Assembly (NCBI GenBank): GCA_000146045.2
Contig: BK006941.2
Location: 736,001-800,000 of the forward strand
DNA from: TPA_inf: Saccharomyces
Taxonomy: Eukaryota
Direction of reading: 5' to 3'
Length of the DNA stretch: 64,000 nt
Below, piece after piece: positions 24,701-35,972 of the stretch. Within the stretch, counting starts at the first letter, position 1; the number at the start of each line of letters is the position of its first letter. The notes beneath the pieces are model-generated. The model saw only the letters and a program-made list of their open reading frames with translations. It did not search any database and was not told where the DNA came from. A program made the position numbers and the translations under genes.

Positions 24701-25138
24701 ACCAAATCAGAATGCACTTTTGAGCTTCAAACTTTACTGATGACATGGATTGGCATCCTTCCTGAAGCCAAAGATTTATTCTTTAAGATCAAGACAAGGC
24801 TCGCCATGGAAGAAGAGGATAGTGCCGATACTATGCAGCATGAGGGCAGGAAGAACTCTGACATAGAGAAGAAGCTAAACGCTAAGCCAGCTTCTGAACT
24901 GAATCTGAAATTGTTAAACCTGTTTCCCTCAAAGCCTGCAAACAAAGACGATAGTTCCCCTATTAACACGTTGCGTAGTTTTATCGCTGATTACTCCTTC
25001 GACACCCAGGTGAACCCTCCAGGAAGAAGGGTGGTGTTCTACGATGGTAAGATTTTGCCATTGCCCAAAGCCGATAAGCCTATCCCACTTCATGAATATA
25101 TAACACTCGCAGAGCTCGATGTTGGAGACAGTGAGTGA
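21770..25138 (+). CDS. CAF130: CCR4-NOT complex associated subunit, 1122 aa
   Basis: Length 1122 aa from the second Met. Position matches YGR134W. Confidence 0.8.
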   Translation: MTKKKAATNYAERQNLASEDSSGDSVHFKDFIPLQELLKDKNYVPSVENLEKILYNETMFNDQKICSNLLLEALIITLFTTISGKSALRLIQTSSLKERKSWAQSFENNSSSYASIVLSWKDNDILLLKFLRFLLANKTAPLQINRYNLPEYKLPLSFLIVSKITIPSILLNETYNLLKDYLYSITGRIESLISCSSTFDKPALVVRKILKDYNRMIECRNFYFWYSFNAENRVNLTFSDNISLLMENDEGNAGSGLDDSRFDHQKQPREAIMGRTINDQEQIYSFELNQDGTLEIPNVMEHSLLRHELLFKILNLTTVLTPLLELQFSTLCGLVDPLMQPTPNDKHIISIDFLFQLFLGLMSQSIKTSQEHNDHYDWKFYMCFNMQKIIDATMLRLNCFDFDILNSVNNTDNAVHWKTQLHRWLPHGLNTQDLELLYMIDILAVYTIYKLYEKIPIQLNPFLFSLISLWKNLSCVILLALEIDRIEEENGTYETPLMVRATIRGAAALRSVIATVLNGLVKNNDHDFKHESLNTFMSPYGRKLCHGALYADLRSHTASLLALGASIEDVTDLFADLQSGDRFDEDIRYMFDYECEDYDESFSESDHGGLDESVVNPTEKIASGSNNVFFRRRCNCIFNDDKLVAEDGANEAFGSTNSENVEGAMHNNRNAVHNATTATSDHVVTSPNPLSVRSRSTFEFDYSGEDWRDVPRDFNMYYSPSYSFIHEPKLDVIFSLTLRGATEKLNKEESILLVRSVASCVRNEQDQMILADLESNFSASINGDVEGEGNTKMSKIDNEDLRRTTPDDIYEIWSEESAFERMLNVNHDVAWRLMDEMLMCTGYRRILIWFLTHLELKHSLIYYVFELIMGLRGKPFSGEASDQDKKDDMIYEILKKKQKNEDASGLPFSRQGPIVLSDIETKMLLQEFFMNAAIFLSSKNNEEENEDGEKISLYSLGLVRLICYMVQTLIANDKFFFTKSECTFELQTLLMTWIGILPEAKDLFFKIKTRLAMEEEDSADTMQHEGRKNSDIEKKLNAKPASELNLKLLNLFPSKPANKDDSSPINTLRSFIADYSFDTQVNPPGRRVVFYDGKILPLPKADKPIPLHEYITLAELDVGDSE

Positions 25139-25391
25139 GCAGTGAATTGCTCATGTTTTCTCTGCATCCTCATTTAATGACAATTAGCCATGTAATAACA
25201 TCTTGAGGCAGTTAAATATTCGTTACCCTGCAGGTGGCAAAAAATTTATAGAATAAAAGCATAAAAAGATGGATATCTATGTAATAAGGAAACATTGGCA
25301 GAGCGAAGAGAACAGACTGCTTTCTATAAAAAGTTTTCGATCAGTCTCTATTTTAATAATTGATTATTGGATATAGTTAGTAGTGTTAAAC

Positions 25392-26168
25392 ATGGGTTCC
25401 AGAAGATACGATTCCAGGACAACAATTTTCTCCCCTGAGGGACGTCTATATCAGGTTGAATACGCGCTAGAATCCATTTCACATGCAGGTACCGCAATTG
25501 GGATTATGGCATCTGATGGGATTGTTCTTGCAGCAGAACGCAAAGTCACAAGTACTTTACTAGAACAAGACACCTCTACCGAAAAACTTTATAAGTTAAA
25601 CGATAAAATTGCGGTTGCCGTTGCTGGACTGACTGCAGATGCAGAAATTCTAATAAATACGGCTAGAATTCACGCTCAAAATTACCTTAAAACCTATAAT
25701 GAAGATATACCAGTAGAAATTTTGGTGAGAAGGCTAAGTGATATAAAACAAGGTTACACGCAACATGGTGGTTTAAGACCATTTGGTGTGTCCTTTATCT
25801 ACGCCGGTTATGACGATAGATACGGTTACCAATTGTATACATCTAATCCATCGGGAAACTATACAGGGTGGAAGGCTATTAGTGTTGGCGCTAACACATC
25901 AGCAGCACAAACCCTACTTCAAATGGACTACAAGGATGATATGAAAGTCGATGATGCCATTGAACTGGCTTTAAAAACGTTATCCAAAACTACCGACAGT
26001 AGCGCGCTGACTTATGACAGGTTGGAATTTGCTACTATCAGAAAGGGTGCTAATGACGGAGAAGTGTATCAGAAGATTTTCAAGCCTCAAGAGATAAAGG
26101 ATATATTGGTAAAGACTGGTATTACCAAGAAGGATGAAGACGAAGAAGCTGATGAAGATATGAAATAA
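25392..26168 (+). CDS. PRE9: 20S proteasome alpha-3 subunit, 258 aa. An in-frame ATG 3 codons upstream is at 25383.
   Basis: MGSRRYDSRTTIFSPEGRLYQVEYA is the canonical proteasome alpha-subunit N-terminus. The acidic C-terminal tail fits PRE9. Confidence 0.92.
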   Translation: MGSRRYDSRTTIFSPEGRLYQVEYALESISHAGTAIGIMASDGIVLAAERKVTSTLLEQDTSTEKLYKLNDKIAVAVAGLTADAEILINTARIHAQNYLKTYNEDIPVEILVRRLSDIKQGYTQHGGLRPFGVSFIYAGYDDRYGYQLYTSNPSGNYTGWKAISVGANTSAAQTLLQMDYKDDMKVDDAIELALKTLSKTTDSSALTYDRLEFATIRKGANDGEVYQKIFKPQEIKDILVKTGITKKDEDEEADEDMK

Positions 26169-26427
26169 GGTTGGAAAGTATTGTTTGACTTCATGCTTAT
26201 ATAAATATGTACGCATAGAAACATATCTCTAAAATTAAAAGTGAAAGAAAAAAATCGCTAAGATTCCCCTTTCGGGGGAAGGCTGAAGAAACTTTTTTTT
26301 GCGCAAATTTCAAGATCGGAATCGCTCGAGAGGCAAATATAAAAAAGGGCCTGCTCGTTTGGCCTACTTGTTGTTGGATTCTAACTCCAATCTAATTTTG
26401 GCAGCACTTCAAAAATAAACAAAAGCG

Positions 26428-27153
26428 ATGTCTGCGTCACTAGTGAATCGATCATTGAAAAATATAAGGAATGAATTAGAATTTTTGAAGGAATCAAACG
26501 TCATATCAGGCGACATTTTCGAATTAATCAATAGCAAGTTACCTGAGAAATGGGATGGAAACCAAAGATCGCCCCAAAATGCAGATACAGAAGAGTACGT
26601 TGAAGCTTTATATGATTTTGAAGCTCAACAAGATGGAGATTTGTCATTGAAAACAGGTGATAAAATACAAGTTTTAGAGAAGATTTCTCCAGATTGGTAT
26701 AGAGGCAAGTCAAATAATAAGATCGGAATATTCCCTGCAAATTATGTGAAACCTGCTTTCACGAGATCAGCCTCACCTAAATCTGCGGAAGCTGCTTCAA
26801 GCTCGACTGTTTCTCGTCCCAGTGTTCCACCTCCATCATACGAACCAGCCGCATCACAGTATCCTTCACAGCAGGTTTCAGCACCTTATGCACCTCCAGC
26901 CGGTTATATGCAAGCTCCGCCTCCACAGCAACAGCAGGCGCCTTTACCATATCCTCCACCTTTCACTAATTACTATCAACAGCCTCAGCAACAGTACGCA
27001 CCACCTTCACAGCAAGCACCGGTGGAAGCACAACCGCAACAGAGCAGTGGGGCTAGTAGTGCCTTCAAGAGTTTTGGTAGCAAATTGGGAAATGCTGCTA
27101 TATTTGGCGCTGGTTCTGCTATTGGTAGTGATATTGTCAACAGCATTTTTTAG
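26428..27153 (+). CDS. LSB1: SH3-domain, Pro/Gln-rich Las17-binding protein, 241 aa
   Basis: SH3 domain (ALYDFEAQQDGDLSLKTGDKIQVLEK...WYRGKS) followed by a PQ-rich tail. Matches YGR136W, the PIN3 paralog. Confidence 0.88.
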   Translation: MSASLVNRSLKNIRNELEFLKESNVISGDIFELINSKLPEKWDGNQRSPQNADTEEYVEALYDFEAQQDGDLSLKTGDKIQVLEKISPDWYRGKSNNKIGIFPANYVKPAFTRSASPKSAEAASSSTVSRPSVPPPSYEPAASQYPSQQVSAPYAPPAGYMQAPPPQQQQAPLPYPPPFTNYYQQPQQQYAPPSQQAPVEAQPQQSSGASSAFKSFGSKLGNAAIFGAGSAIGSDIVNSIF

Positions 27154-27761
27154 TATTCTGTCACGAAATATTTGTTTCAGTGATTTAAACTTACCCAATG
27201 ATTTTCGTAGCTTGAAAGAGAGAAAAACTCATACAGAATACGGATATGTGATGGTTGCTTAACGTAAAGAGCTCCAGCAGGATTTTTGAGTTGCATAATG
27301 TCAATTAGCGTGTTGATTATCCCGCGCTTGAAATTATTATGTAGTACACTATAGATGTATGTACACACATATACATGGAATAAAAAGTTAAATGTGATAC
27401 TGAGAACATTATTTGAAAACAAGAGACATTGGCCACGAGGAGTGTAGCGGCAATTACAATAATGTTAAAATTTAAAGGTGCAACTGTGTCGTCTTCGAAT
27501 AAGCAGGCTTTATGTGAGAAATAACGGTGTATGACTTCAGGAAGAGTAGCAAGAGCGATCTTGATATTCAGAAGCTGCAAAACAATAATACTTTGATATT
27601 TCGTTAAAGAGTATGTAGAAATGTCCGACGTTTTTTTGAGAAGTTCCTAATATAAAATATTAAAAATTAATTTTTCAGAATATATGTGGAAATTTGTTAT
27701 TTTTGTATCGTATATATGAATGACTAGAACATCATTATTTTTACCGGAAACTTGCACCAGC

Positions 27762-29606
27762 TTACATCTCAACACTGTCGATGGAATAGTCCTTCTTGGA
27801 CAACTTATGTCTCAAGCCCTTACCCCAGTAAGAAAATGCAAAAGGTAAAGCAATCATAGCAGTGGAGATGAAAGCCAACAACCAAGAACCCCAGTGCAAA
27901 TTCAATTTGTGGTACATTTGAATGGTAAACAAGGGGAAGGCAGCACCACCGGCGGATCTTAAGAAAACCTTTGTAGCCAGAGCACTGGATGCGTATTGGA
28001 CGTAGCAATCAATAATGTAATTATTCAATGAATAATAAATCAACACCATACCGAAACCAAAAGCTAAACCAGCTGAAGCTGGACCAACCCAAATAATATG
28101 TTTATAAGCGGTAGCACCCAGGATCCATAGAGCAATTGCAGCAAATGGAGCACCGATCTTAGCACCTAGCAAACGATCTTCAGGAGTAGGTTTACGCTGT
28201 TTGACAATTTGTAAATATTTGTTTTCACAGTAGAAAGTTGTGGCTAACGCCCAAAGAGCACCGATAACAATAGGAATAAACATTAAACCCACAAGGTTAT
28301 CTTTGTAGCCATATAGTTCACCGAAAATGACAGGGAAGGCAAAGAAGAACGCATATAGTAGAGAGTAAATCAAACACACGTAGAAACAAGTGGCAACTAG
28401 AACAGGTTCAGTGACAGCGAAGTACAAAGGTCTCAACAGACAAGCCCTCATCATTTCACTCATACTGACACCTTGCGCTTCCTGCTCAGTCATAATCTTG
28501 GGATTACCAGTTTCCTTTCTTAATCTAGCAGCCTTTCTCTTCAAGATAACTGGAGCGTACGTTTCTGGGATGGCAGAAGATATGATCCACATAACACCTG
28601 CAAAGGCCATATTGACCCAGAAAATCAGGTCCATACGTCCGGTAGAAACGGAAATAAAACCGTTAACTAGTGGACCAACAACGGGACCAACGTAAGGAGC
28701 AAAAGCGAAGAAAGCAATAGCCTTACCTCTTGTTTCACTTGGGAACATATCGGCAATAGACCCACCAACTAAACACAAACCAGATGATGACCAAACACCA
28801 CATAAAAATCTACAAGCTAAAAGACAACCTAGATTTGGAGCTAAGGCGCAAGGGATATTGAAGATGACATAAAGACCCATAGAAACAAAGTAAGCAACTC
28901 TTCTACCGTAAAGATCACTAACAGGAGACCAAATCAAAGGACCCAGCGAGAACCCAATAACCATTAAAGAACATGATAAAATAGCGGCTTCCATACCTAC
29001 ATGGTATTTCTTTTCAACGGTTCCCAACCCACCACTGATACAAGCAGAACCGTAGGCAACGCAAATAACTAAGATGGACAACAGGACAGTGTAACTCCAA
29101 CGAACCCATGAGGGCCAATTGTGAGGGTTTTCTGGATCACCAGTAACAAAAGTAACGAATTCGATCTCTGGATCTAGCTCGTTTTCACCGCTCTGGTCTT
29201 CACGTTCTTCAGTTTCTTCCTCTTCCATTTCTTCTTTACCTGTGGATGAGGAATTGGTAGCGGTACGGTTCAATTGCTTTGTTCTAGTACGAGATAAGGC
29301 AGAGGCGGTTCTACCCATAGATTGTAAGGTAGCCACTGGAACCAGCCCAGATGGTGTTTCCATGGTATATTCTTCAGGGAAAATGTTATTCTTAGCAGTT
29401 TGTGGCGCATTGATATCAGGCACTGGGGCGGCTGAAGTGACACCTAAATCTTGTAAAGACTTGACGGTCTCAGTCTTAGTTAACTTAAGTTGATTTGCAC
29501 GAGAGTTGGTTTTTGAGGGGACATACTGTTGAGGTTGTTGGCCCTCAACGTCCACCATGGAAGTGTTTTGTGAGTTGAATGAAACAACAGATTCTTGATC
29601 ACTCAT
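27762..29606 (-). CDS. TPO2: MFS (DHA1 family) polyamine/drug:H+ antiporter, 614 aa
   Basis: 12-TM MFS transporter with a Ser/Thr-rich hydrophilic N-terminus. 614 aa. TPO3 paralog. Confidence 0.9.
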   Translation of the reverse strand: MSDQESVVSFNSQNTSMVDVEGQQPQQYVPSKTNSRANQLKLTKTETVKSLQDLGVTSAAPVPDINAPQTAKNNIFPEEYTMETPSGLVPVATLQSMGRTASALSRTRTKQLNRTATNSSSTGKEEMEEEETEEREDQSGENELDPEIEFVTFVTGDPENPHNWPSWVRWSYTVLLSILVICVAYGSACISGGLGTVEKKYHVGMEAAILSCSLMVIGFSLGPLIWSPVSDLYGRRVAYFVSMGLYVIFNIPCALAPNLGCLLACRFLCGVWSSSGLCLVGGSIADMFPSETRGKAIAFFAFAPYVGPVVGPLVNGFISVSTGRMDLIFWVNMAFAGVMWIISSAIPETYAPVILKRKAARLRKETGNPKIMTEQEAQGVSMSEMMRACLLRPLYFAVTEPVLVATCFYVCLIYSLLYAFFFAFPVIFGELYGYKDNLVGLMFIPIVIGALWALATTFYCENKYLQIVKQRKPTPEDRLLGAKIGAPFAAIALWILGATAYKHIIWVGPASAGLAFGFGMVLIYYSLNNYIIDCYVQYASSALATKVFLRSAGGAAFPLFTIQMYHKLNLHWGSWLLAFISTAMIALPFAFSYWGKGLRHKLSKKDYSIDSVEM

Positions 29607-30252
29607 ATTTGTTTTGTGTATTATTTTTGTGATTAGTTATTAGATGGAATTAAAGGAAAAATATCAATGGACAAAAAATATTAGGGTGTAGAAATAAAGA
29701 ATAATAGCAGGGCTTTGATAAAAGAATGTATCAATTACTTTTTGAAATTAAAGTTAAAATTAAAATTCAAACCGAAAAAAAAAAAAAATTAAATATTAAA
29801 CTTGATATAGTAGGAGAAGGAAGTTGTATATTGTTCTCTATAAACACAAACAATAAAATGATATATTTGTTTTCTTATTTCTTCTTGATGTCTTCAGGAA
29901 AAAAGAACATAAACAAATACAAAAAAATCCTAGTACGAAACCTCAAAAGGGTGTATGCGCAATGTATATATATAGCAAGAAAAAAAAATAAACAGTGGCA
30001 TTACAGTGCATGCGGATGGCAGTGTTCTTCGGTGGCTTTTTCGAAAAACCTAGAATGCGTTTAAAAGACTCAGACACCTAAGCAGAATATGCGAATGACT
30101 CGTTCAGTAAAATGCGACGCGACAGTTTGTTTTCGTTCTGCGCTGCTGTGTTCTCTATTCTTTTGAGATGAATTTAACGGCTATGGAATCATCTCGAGAA
30201 ATCGGTTCTAGTAAGGCACCAAGACATTATGTCCCTCGGGAGGAGAAGGGCG

Positions 30253-30258
30253 CACGCG
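30253..30258. promoter_or_regulatory. ACGCGT (MluI cell-cycle box core) inside the GC-rich TPO2-CBF2 intergenic block
   Basis: Motif seen in sequence (GCGCACGCGTCAGG). Whether it functions as an MBF site is inference. Confidence 0.25.
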
Positions 30259-31428
30259 TCAGGCTTCCACGACGTCCGCCGTGCATGCGCTCTCGCATTT
30301 TTAAGGTTTAGTGCGGCAGGCGACTGCGCTGCGGCCAGCCCGTGAGACCACCCGAGGGAATTTGAGTAAGCGCGCCCATTGCGGGGTTTTTGCGGTTTGC
30401 GCTGTTTTCCGCACGAGGTTTCTCCGGACACAGTTAAGCAGTATATTTCACTCGGAAGCGCCGGAAAATTTTTTTAAGCGCAAATATATTCAGGTAAGCA
30501 GCAAAAAAATACTTTTTCCGGTGGCCCGTGATGTGTTTGTAACAGCTTCTGCGGTACTTTGGGCGGCTAAATGGCAAATAGATCAGGGGAAGGGTTTTTG
30601 CATAGGTACAAAATAACCGGATTTTGGGTAAGATTCGATCTTCGGCACTTGTGGCGAAGTAAAAGTGTTGAAAAAGTTCGCGTAATAATAGTGTTAGCCG
30701 TTTCAGCTTCGTCCATAAAGTACATATCCACAACTCTCATGGTGCGAAGTACAAACATTGAACGGCAGCTGTCTTGCTCAGCTAGTGGTATGTAAGCAGC
30801 CGCATTCTATTTTTATTTTCGTGCCTTTAAGTGTTAAAACCTGAGGCAGATTTTTTATTTTTTTGCATTCCCCTTCCTTTTTGCCGTAATGGCGCATTCA
30901 GTGCTGATATATTTATACTTCAATGGTGCTTCTCCTTACTTTTCTTATAGAAATAAACATCAAAACATGAACCTCAAATTCATCCGAAAATGACTGCGGC
31001 CACTCACCTTGCTTCTTCCCCACAAATATTTGTGTTCTCTGCTTTCTTTGTGTGTACTTTGTCTTGCTCTATATAACTTTCTCTCTGCTGCTGAGTCTTC
31101 AAATAGGTAGATTGATGCCTGTGGACTTTTATACAAAGGAGTTTGAGTGATTACATTCAAGATAAACGTGAAAAGTTATTATTATATCTTATGCTAAACA
31201 ACAGTGTAATTGCGTTTGTTAAGCACAATCTCAAAATAATGCGCTAACAGTGGTGCGCATACTGCCATTTGTTATGGGCTATAATCGGATAGTGTATTCT
31301 TCTTGTTTGGTTATGTATCTCAACATCCAGGTATCCGTTACCCCACTTTGATACCAGGAACCTTTCGCGTTTTCTCTCGCTTTTATTTTTTTACCGCATA
31401 CAAACAAACAAGAAAAAGTAGAAAACAT

Positions 31429-34299
31429 ATGAGATCATCGATTTTGTTTCTACTAAAATTGATGAAAATTATGGATGTTCAGCAACAGCAAGAAGCTATG
31501 TCATCAGAAGATAGGTTTCAGGAACTGGTGGACTCCCTAAAGCCAAGAACTGCGCATCAGTACAAGACCTACTATACTAAGTACATACAATGGTGTCAGC
31601 TCAATCAAATTATACCGACACCGGAGGACAATTCTGTAAATAGCGTCCCCTATAAAGACCTGCCAATATCTGCTGAACTGATACATTGGTTTTTGTTAGA
31701 TACATTAATAACCGATGATAAGCCTGGAGAGAAAAGAGAAGAGACTGAAGATCTTGATGAGGAGGAGGAGAATTCATTCAAGATCGCTACGTTGAAGAAA
31801 ATTATAGGCAGTCTCAATTTTTTGTCAAAATTGTGCAAAGTTCATGAAAATCCAAATGCTAATATAGACACAAAATACCTGGAGTCAGTCACCAAGCTTC
31901 ATACCCATTGGATAGATTCACAAAAGGCAATCACCACTAATGAAACAAATAACACAAATACTCAAGTGCTGTGTCCACCATTATTGAAAGTGTCTTTGAA
32001 TTTATGGAACCCAGAAACTAACCATCTCTCTGAGAAATTTTTTAAAACCTGTTCTGAAAAATTAAGATTCCTGGTGGATTTTCAATTAAGAAGTTATTTG
32101 AACCTTTCATTTGAAGAAAGATCAAAGATACGATTTGGTTCCCTCAAGCTCGGTAAAAGGGACAGAGACGCTATAATTTATCATAAAGTAACTCATTCGG
32201 CGGAAAAAAAAGATACGCCGGGCCACCATCAACTCCTTGCATTATTACCCCAAGATTGTCCATTTATCTGCCCTCAAACTACATTAGCTGCATATTTGTA
32301 TTTAAGGTTCTATGGTATACCATCTGTTTCGAAAGGGGATGGCTTTCCCAATTTGAACGCTGATGAAAATGGCTCACTTTTACAAGATATTCCCATACTA
32401 AGAGGCAAATCACTGACAACTTATCCCAGAGAGGAAACATTTAGTAATTATTATACAACCGTGTTTAGGTATTGCCACTTACCTTATAAAAGAAGAGAAT
32501 ATTTCAACAAATGTAACCTTGTTTACCCAACTTGGGATGAAGACACTTTTAGAACATTTTTCAATGAAGAAAACCATGGAAATTGGTTAGAACAACCTGA
32601 GGCCTTTGCGTTCCCTGACAAAATACCGTTCGACTTCAAGAAAATCATGAACTTCAAATCGCCCTACACTTCGTATTCTACAAACGCTAAAAAGGACCCT
32701 TTTCCGCCTCCAAAGGATTTATTAGTTCAAATATTTCCGGAGATTGATGAATATAAAAGACATGATTATGAAGGTTTGTCTCAGAATTCAAGGGATTTTC
32801 TAGATTTAATGGAAGTTTTACGAGAAAGATTTTTGAGCAATCTACCATGGATTTACAAATTCTTTCCTAATCATGATATATTCCAGGACCCCATTTTTGG
32901 AAATTCCGATTTTCAATCATACTTCAATGACAAAACTATACATTCAAAGGGTTCACCCATTTTATCATTCGATATACTACCAGGCTTTAATAAAATCTAT
33001 AAGAATAAGACAAATTTTTACTCACTCTTAATAGAAAGGCCTTCGCAGTTGACATTTGCTTCGAGTCATAATCCAGATACACACCCCACTCAAAAACAAG
33101 AATCTGAGGGGCCATTACAAATGAGTCAACTTGATACTACACAATTAAATGAATTATTGAAGCAACAGAGTTTCGAATATGTGCAGTTCCAAACACTTTC
33201 TAATTTCCAAATTTTATTATCGGTATTCAATAAAATTTTTGAGAAATTGGAGATGAAAAAATCTTCAAGAGGCTATATTTTACATCAGCTTAATTTATTC
33301 AAAATTACCTTGGATGAAAGAATTAAGAAATCTAAGATTGACGATGCCGATAAATTTATACGTGATAATCAGCCCATTAAAAAAGAAGAAAACATTGTGA
33401 ATGAAGATGGGCCTAACACATCAAGGCGGACAAAGAGGCCGAAGCAAATTAGATTACTCTCAATTGCGGATTCCTCCGACGAATCCTCCACGGAGGATTC
33501 AAATGTATTCAAAAAGGACGGTGAATCCATCGAAGATGGCGCATATGGAGAAAATGAAGATGAGAATGACTCTGAGATGCAAGAGCAGTTAAAATCTATG
33601 ATAAACGAACTTATAAACTCCAAAATAAGCACTTTTTTACGGGACCAAATGGATCAATTTGAATTGAAAATAAACGCTTTATTAGATAAAATTCTTGAAG
33701 AAAAAGTCACTCGTATTATCGAGCAAAAACTTGGTTCACACACGGGGAAGTTTTCAACGTTGAAGAGGCCACAACTATACATGACGGAAGAACACAATGT
33801 TGGATTTGATATGGAAGTTCCTAAAAAACTTAGGACCAGTGGTAAGTACGCAGAGACTGTGAAAGATAATGATGATCATCAAGCCATGTCAACTACTGCA
33901 TCGCCGTCTCCTGAGCAAGATCAAGAAGCAAAGAGCTATACTGACGAACAAGAATTTATGCTGGACAAATCCATAGACAGCATAGAGGGAATCATTCTTG
34001 AATGGTTCACCCCAAACGCTAAGTACGCCAACCAATGCGTGCATTCAATGAACAAATCAGGTAACAAGTCGTGGAGAGCTAATTGTGAAGCTTTATACAA
34101 GGAAAGAAAATCAATTGTTGAATTCTATATTTATTTGGTAAATCATGAGAGTCTCGACAGATACAAAGCAGTTGATATTTGCGAAAAATTACGAGATCAG
34201 AACGAAGGTTCATTTTCGCGCTTGGCAAAGTTCCTAAGGAAGTGGAGGCATGACCATCAAAATTCATTTGATGGTCTGTTAGTATATCTATCTAACTGA
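31429..34299 (+). CDS. CBF2: CBF3 kinetochore complex subunit Ndc10, 956 aa. The first in-frame ATG at 31303 would add 42 aa.
   Basis: The 956 aa form starting [21 protein letters not shown] matches YGR140W. The ORF track gives the longer 998 aa frame. Confidence 0.88.
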
Positions 34300-34568
34300 G
34301 GGAGCTTCGAAGTTTAAACTGTTTCGTATAGGGATACCGACATGTATGTTTATAATATAATGATGTTTACTATGAGAAAAAGGCTGCCGGAATATCAACG
34401 GTTGCTGTGGTGAGAAAATCGGGTAACACCTATAGGGGTTCCATCACTTCAGATGCCTTGAACTTTGAAATCTATACGAATATAGGAAGACTGAGTTGGT
34501 AGACCTGGTAAGATAGAAGAGGAAGAAGGCTTCTTTATTACCGCAACTAAGAATAAACTTATAGCTTC

Positions 34569-35972
34569 ATGCGAATCTCAAAAAATAGTCATAAGCGGCA
34601 AAGAACGAGGCTATATTTCCTCGTTACATTTATTATTTATTCGATAATACCCTGCCGTGCGGTACTCGTGCCTTGGCTGGATGATGACCCATTTGAAGCA
34701 ACGCTTCTAGAAATGGGGGATGAACCATGGAGTAAGGACATCCTTTCAAGCACACCTCCGTTACATCCATCTGAAGTTACCGAGGATAACAAAAGCTTAA
34801 AACAAAGGGGCAATGTACCGCAATATGTCATCGATAATAGCCCTCTGCTCCATTTATATAGTGAAGAAAAGTACTGGCCAGCTGATGTTAAGGATTTTGT
34901 AAAAAGATTCCAGTTGAGAGACCACAGTGGGGAGAAAATTATCAATGAACACCTTCGTGACTTAAGTGACTTACAAGAGTATTATTCGGTAGAGTTAGAG
35001 AACGGAACGTGGGGCCGAGTATCCAGTGAAGGTACATATATGACAAGTTTAGATGATTTTGATAAGGGCCCTGACTGGTTGTTGGGTGAACAACCAGAAT
35101 ATGGTACAGGTCACATAAAGAAAGCACCAGCAGTTCTTTTTGTCGTTGACAAAGGAAATGGTTGGGTAGACGCGTTCTGGTTTTATTTCTACCCCTTCAA
35201 TTGGGGTCCTTATATTATGGGCTCCGGACCATGGGGAAATCATGTAGGGGACTGGGAACATTCTTTAGTACGATTCTATAAAGGAGAACCACAATATCTA
35301 TGGATGAGTGCGCATGGGGGTGGTAGTGCCTATAAGTTCGAAGCCATTGAGAAAATCAAAAGATTGCGTCGTGTTGACGGTAAATTGACAAACGAGGTTA
35401 TTAAGAAGCCTTTAATATTTAGTGCAAGAGGCACACATGCACATTATGCATCAGTCGGTCAACATGCGCACGATGTTCCGTTTTTCTTTATGCCATTGAG
35501 TGACTTTACTGATAGAGGGCCATTATGGGATCCTTCTTTAAACTATTATGCCTATACAGTGACTGTGGGGGAAAAAATGACACCATGCGGCGCTGAAGAA
35601 ACTAAAATGGGACTAGAATGGCTATCGTTCAAAGGCGCTTGGGGCGATAAACAATTAAGACCTAGGGATCCCAGACAAAAATGGTGCCCATTTCAATGGA
35701 AATATATTGACGGACCAAAAGGTCCACTATTCAAAAATATGGAAAGGGTTTCTTTATGCCAAAGATTTAAATGGTGGAATTTTTGGAAGGGCTGCCCGGC
35801 AAGAAGATATATAAAAAGAGGGGAAGGTTTGGATGCAGAAAAGAATGATCTTGTGGGTGACAATTGTGGTATCTTGCTGTACAACATAAGGCCAAAGTGG
35901 CTGCGTAGCATACTCCGTTTTTTGACGTGGAGGGGAAGCGTATGTTTCATTATGGACTACTTTACAGGGTAA
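34569..35972 (+). CDS. VPS62: Vacuolar protein sorting protein (DUF946/Vps62 family), 467 aa
   Basis: N-terminal hydrophobic segment. 467 aa. Position matches YGR141W, the TDA6 paralog. Confidence 0.85.
   Translation: MRISKNSHKRQRTRLYFLVTFIIYSIIPCRAVLVPWLDDDPFEATLLEMGDEPWSKDILSSTPPLHPSEVTEDNKSLKQRGNVPQYVIDNSPLLHLYSEEKYWPADVKDFVKRFQLRDHSGEKIINEHLRDLSDLQEYYSVELENGTWGRVSSEGTYMTSLDDFDKGPDWLLGEQPEYGTGHIKKAPAVLFVVDKGNGWVDAFWFYFYPFNWGPYIMGSGPWGNHVGDWEHSLVRFYKGEPQYLWMSAHGGGSAYKFEAIEKIKRLRRVDGKLTNEVIKKPLIFSARGTHAHYASVGQHAHDVPFFFMPLSDFTDRGPLWDPSLNYYAYTVTVGEKMTPCGAEETKMGLEWLSFKGAWGDKQLRPRDPRQKWCPFQWKYIDGPKGPLFKNMERVSLCQRFKWWNFWKGCPARRYIKRGEGLDAEKNDLVGDNCGILLYNIRPKWLRSILRFLTWRGSVCFIMDYFTG

Noticed and set aside
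26822-27262. 146 aa ORF overlapping the 3' end of LSB1 in another frame (position of dubious YGR137W)
   Set aside because: Open only because the LSB1 PQ-rich region is GC- and CA-rich. The product is His/Leu low-complexity.
29726-30064. 112 aa ORF at the position of dubious ORF YGR139W
   Set aside because: Lys/Ile-rich product from A-rich promoter DNA containing a 14-A run. No domain. Annotated as dubious in the reference as I recall it.
30380-30587. Haa1-responsive-element-like hexamers (GCGGGG at 30380, CAGGGG at 30582) upstream of TPO2
   Set aside because: A 6-mer degenerate consensus is expected to occur by chance in GC-rich DNA, and these are 775-980 bp from the TPO2 ATG. Too weak to report as a site.
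30786-30791. GTATGT (canonical yeast 5' splice site) at the edge of the GC-rich block
   Set aside because: No TACTAAC branchpoint within range (the nearest candidate, GCGCTAAC at about 31245, is a poor match). There is no upstream exon or host ORF, and CBF2 is not known to be spliced.
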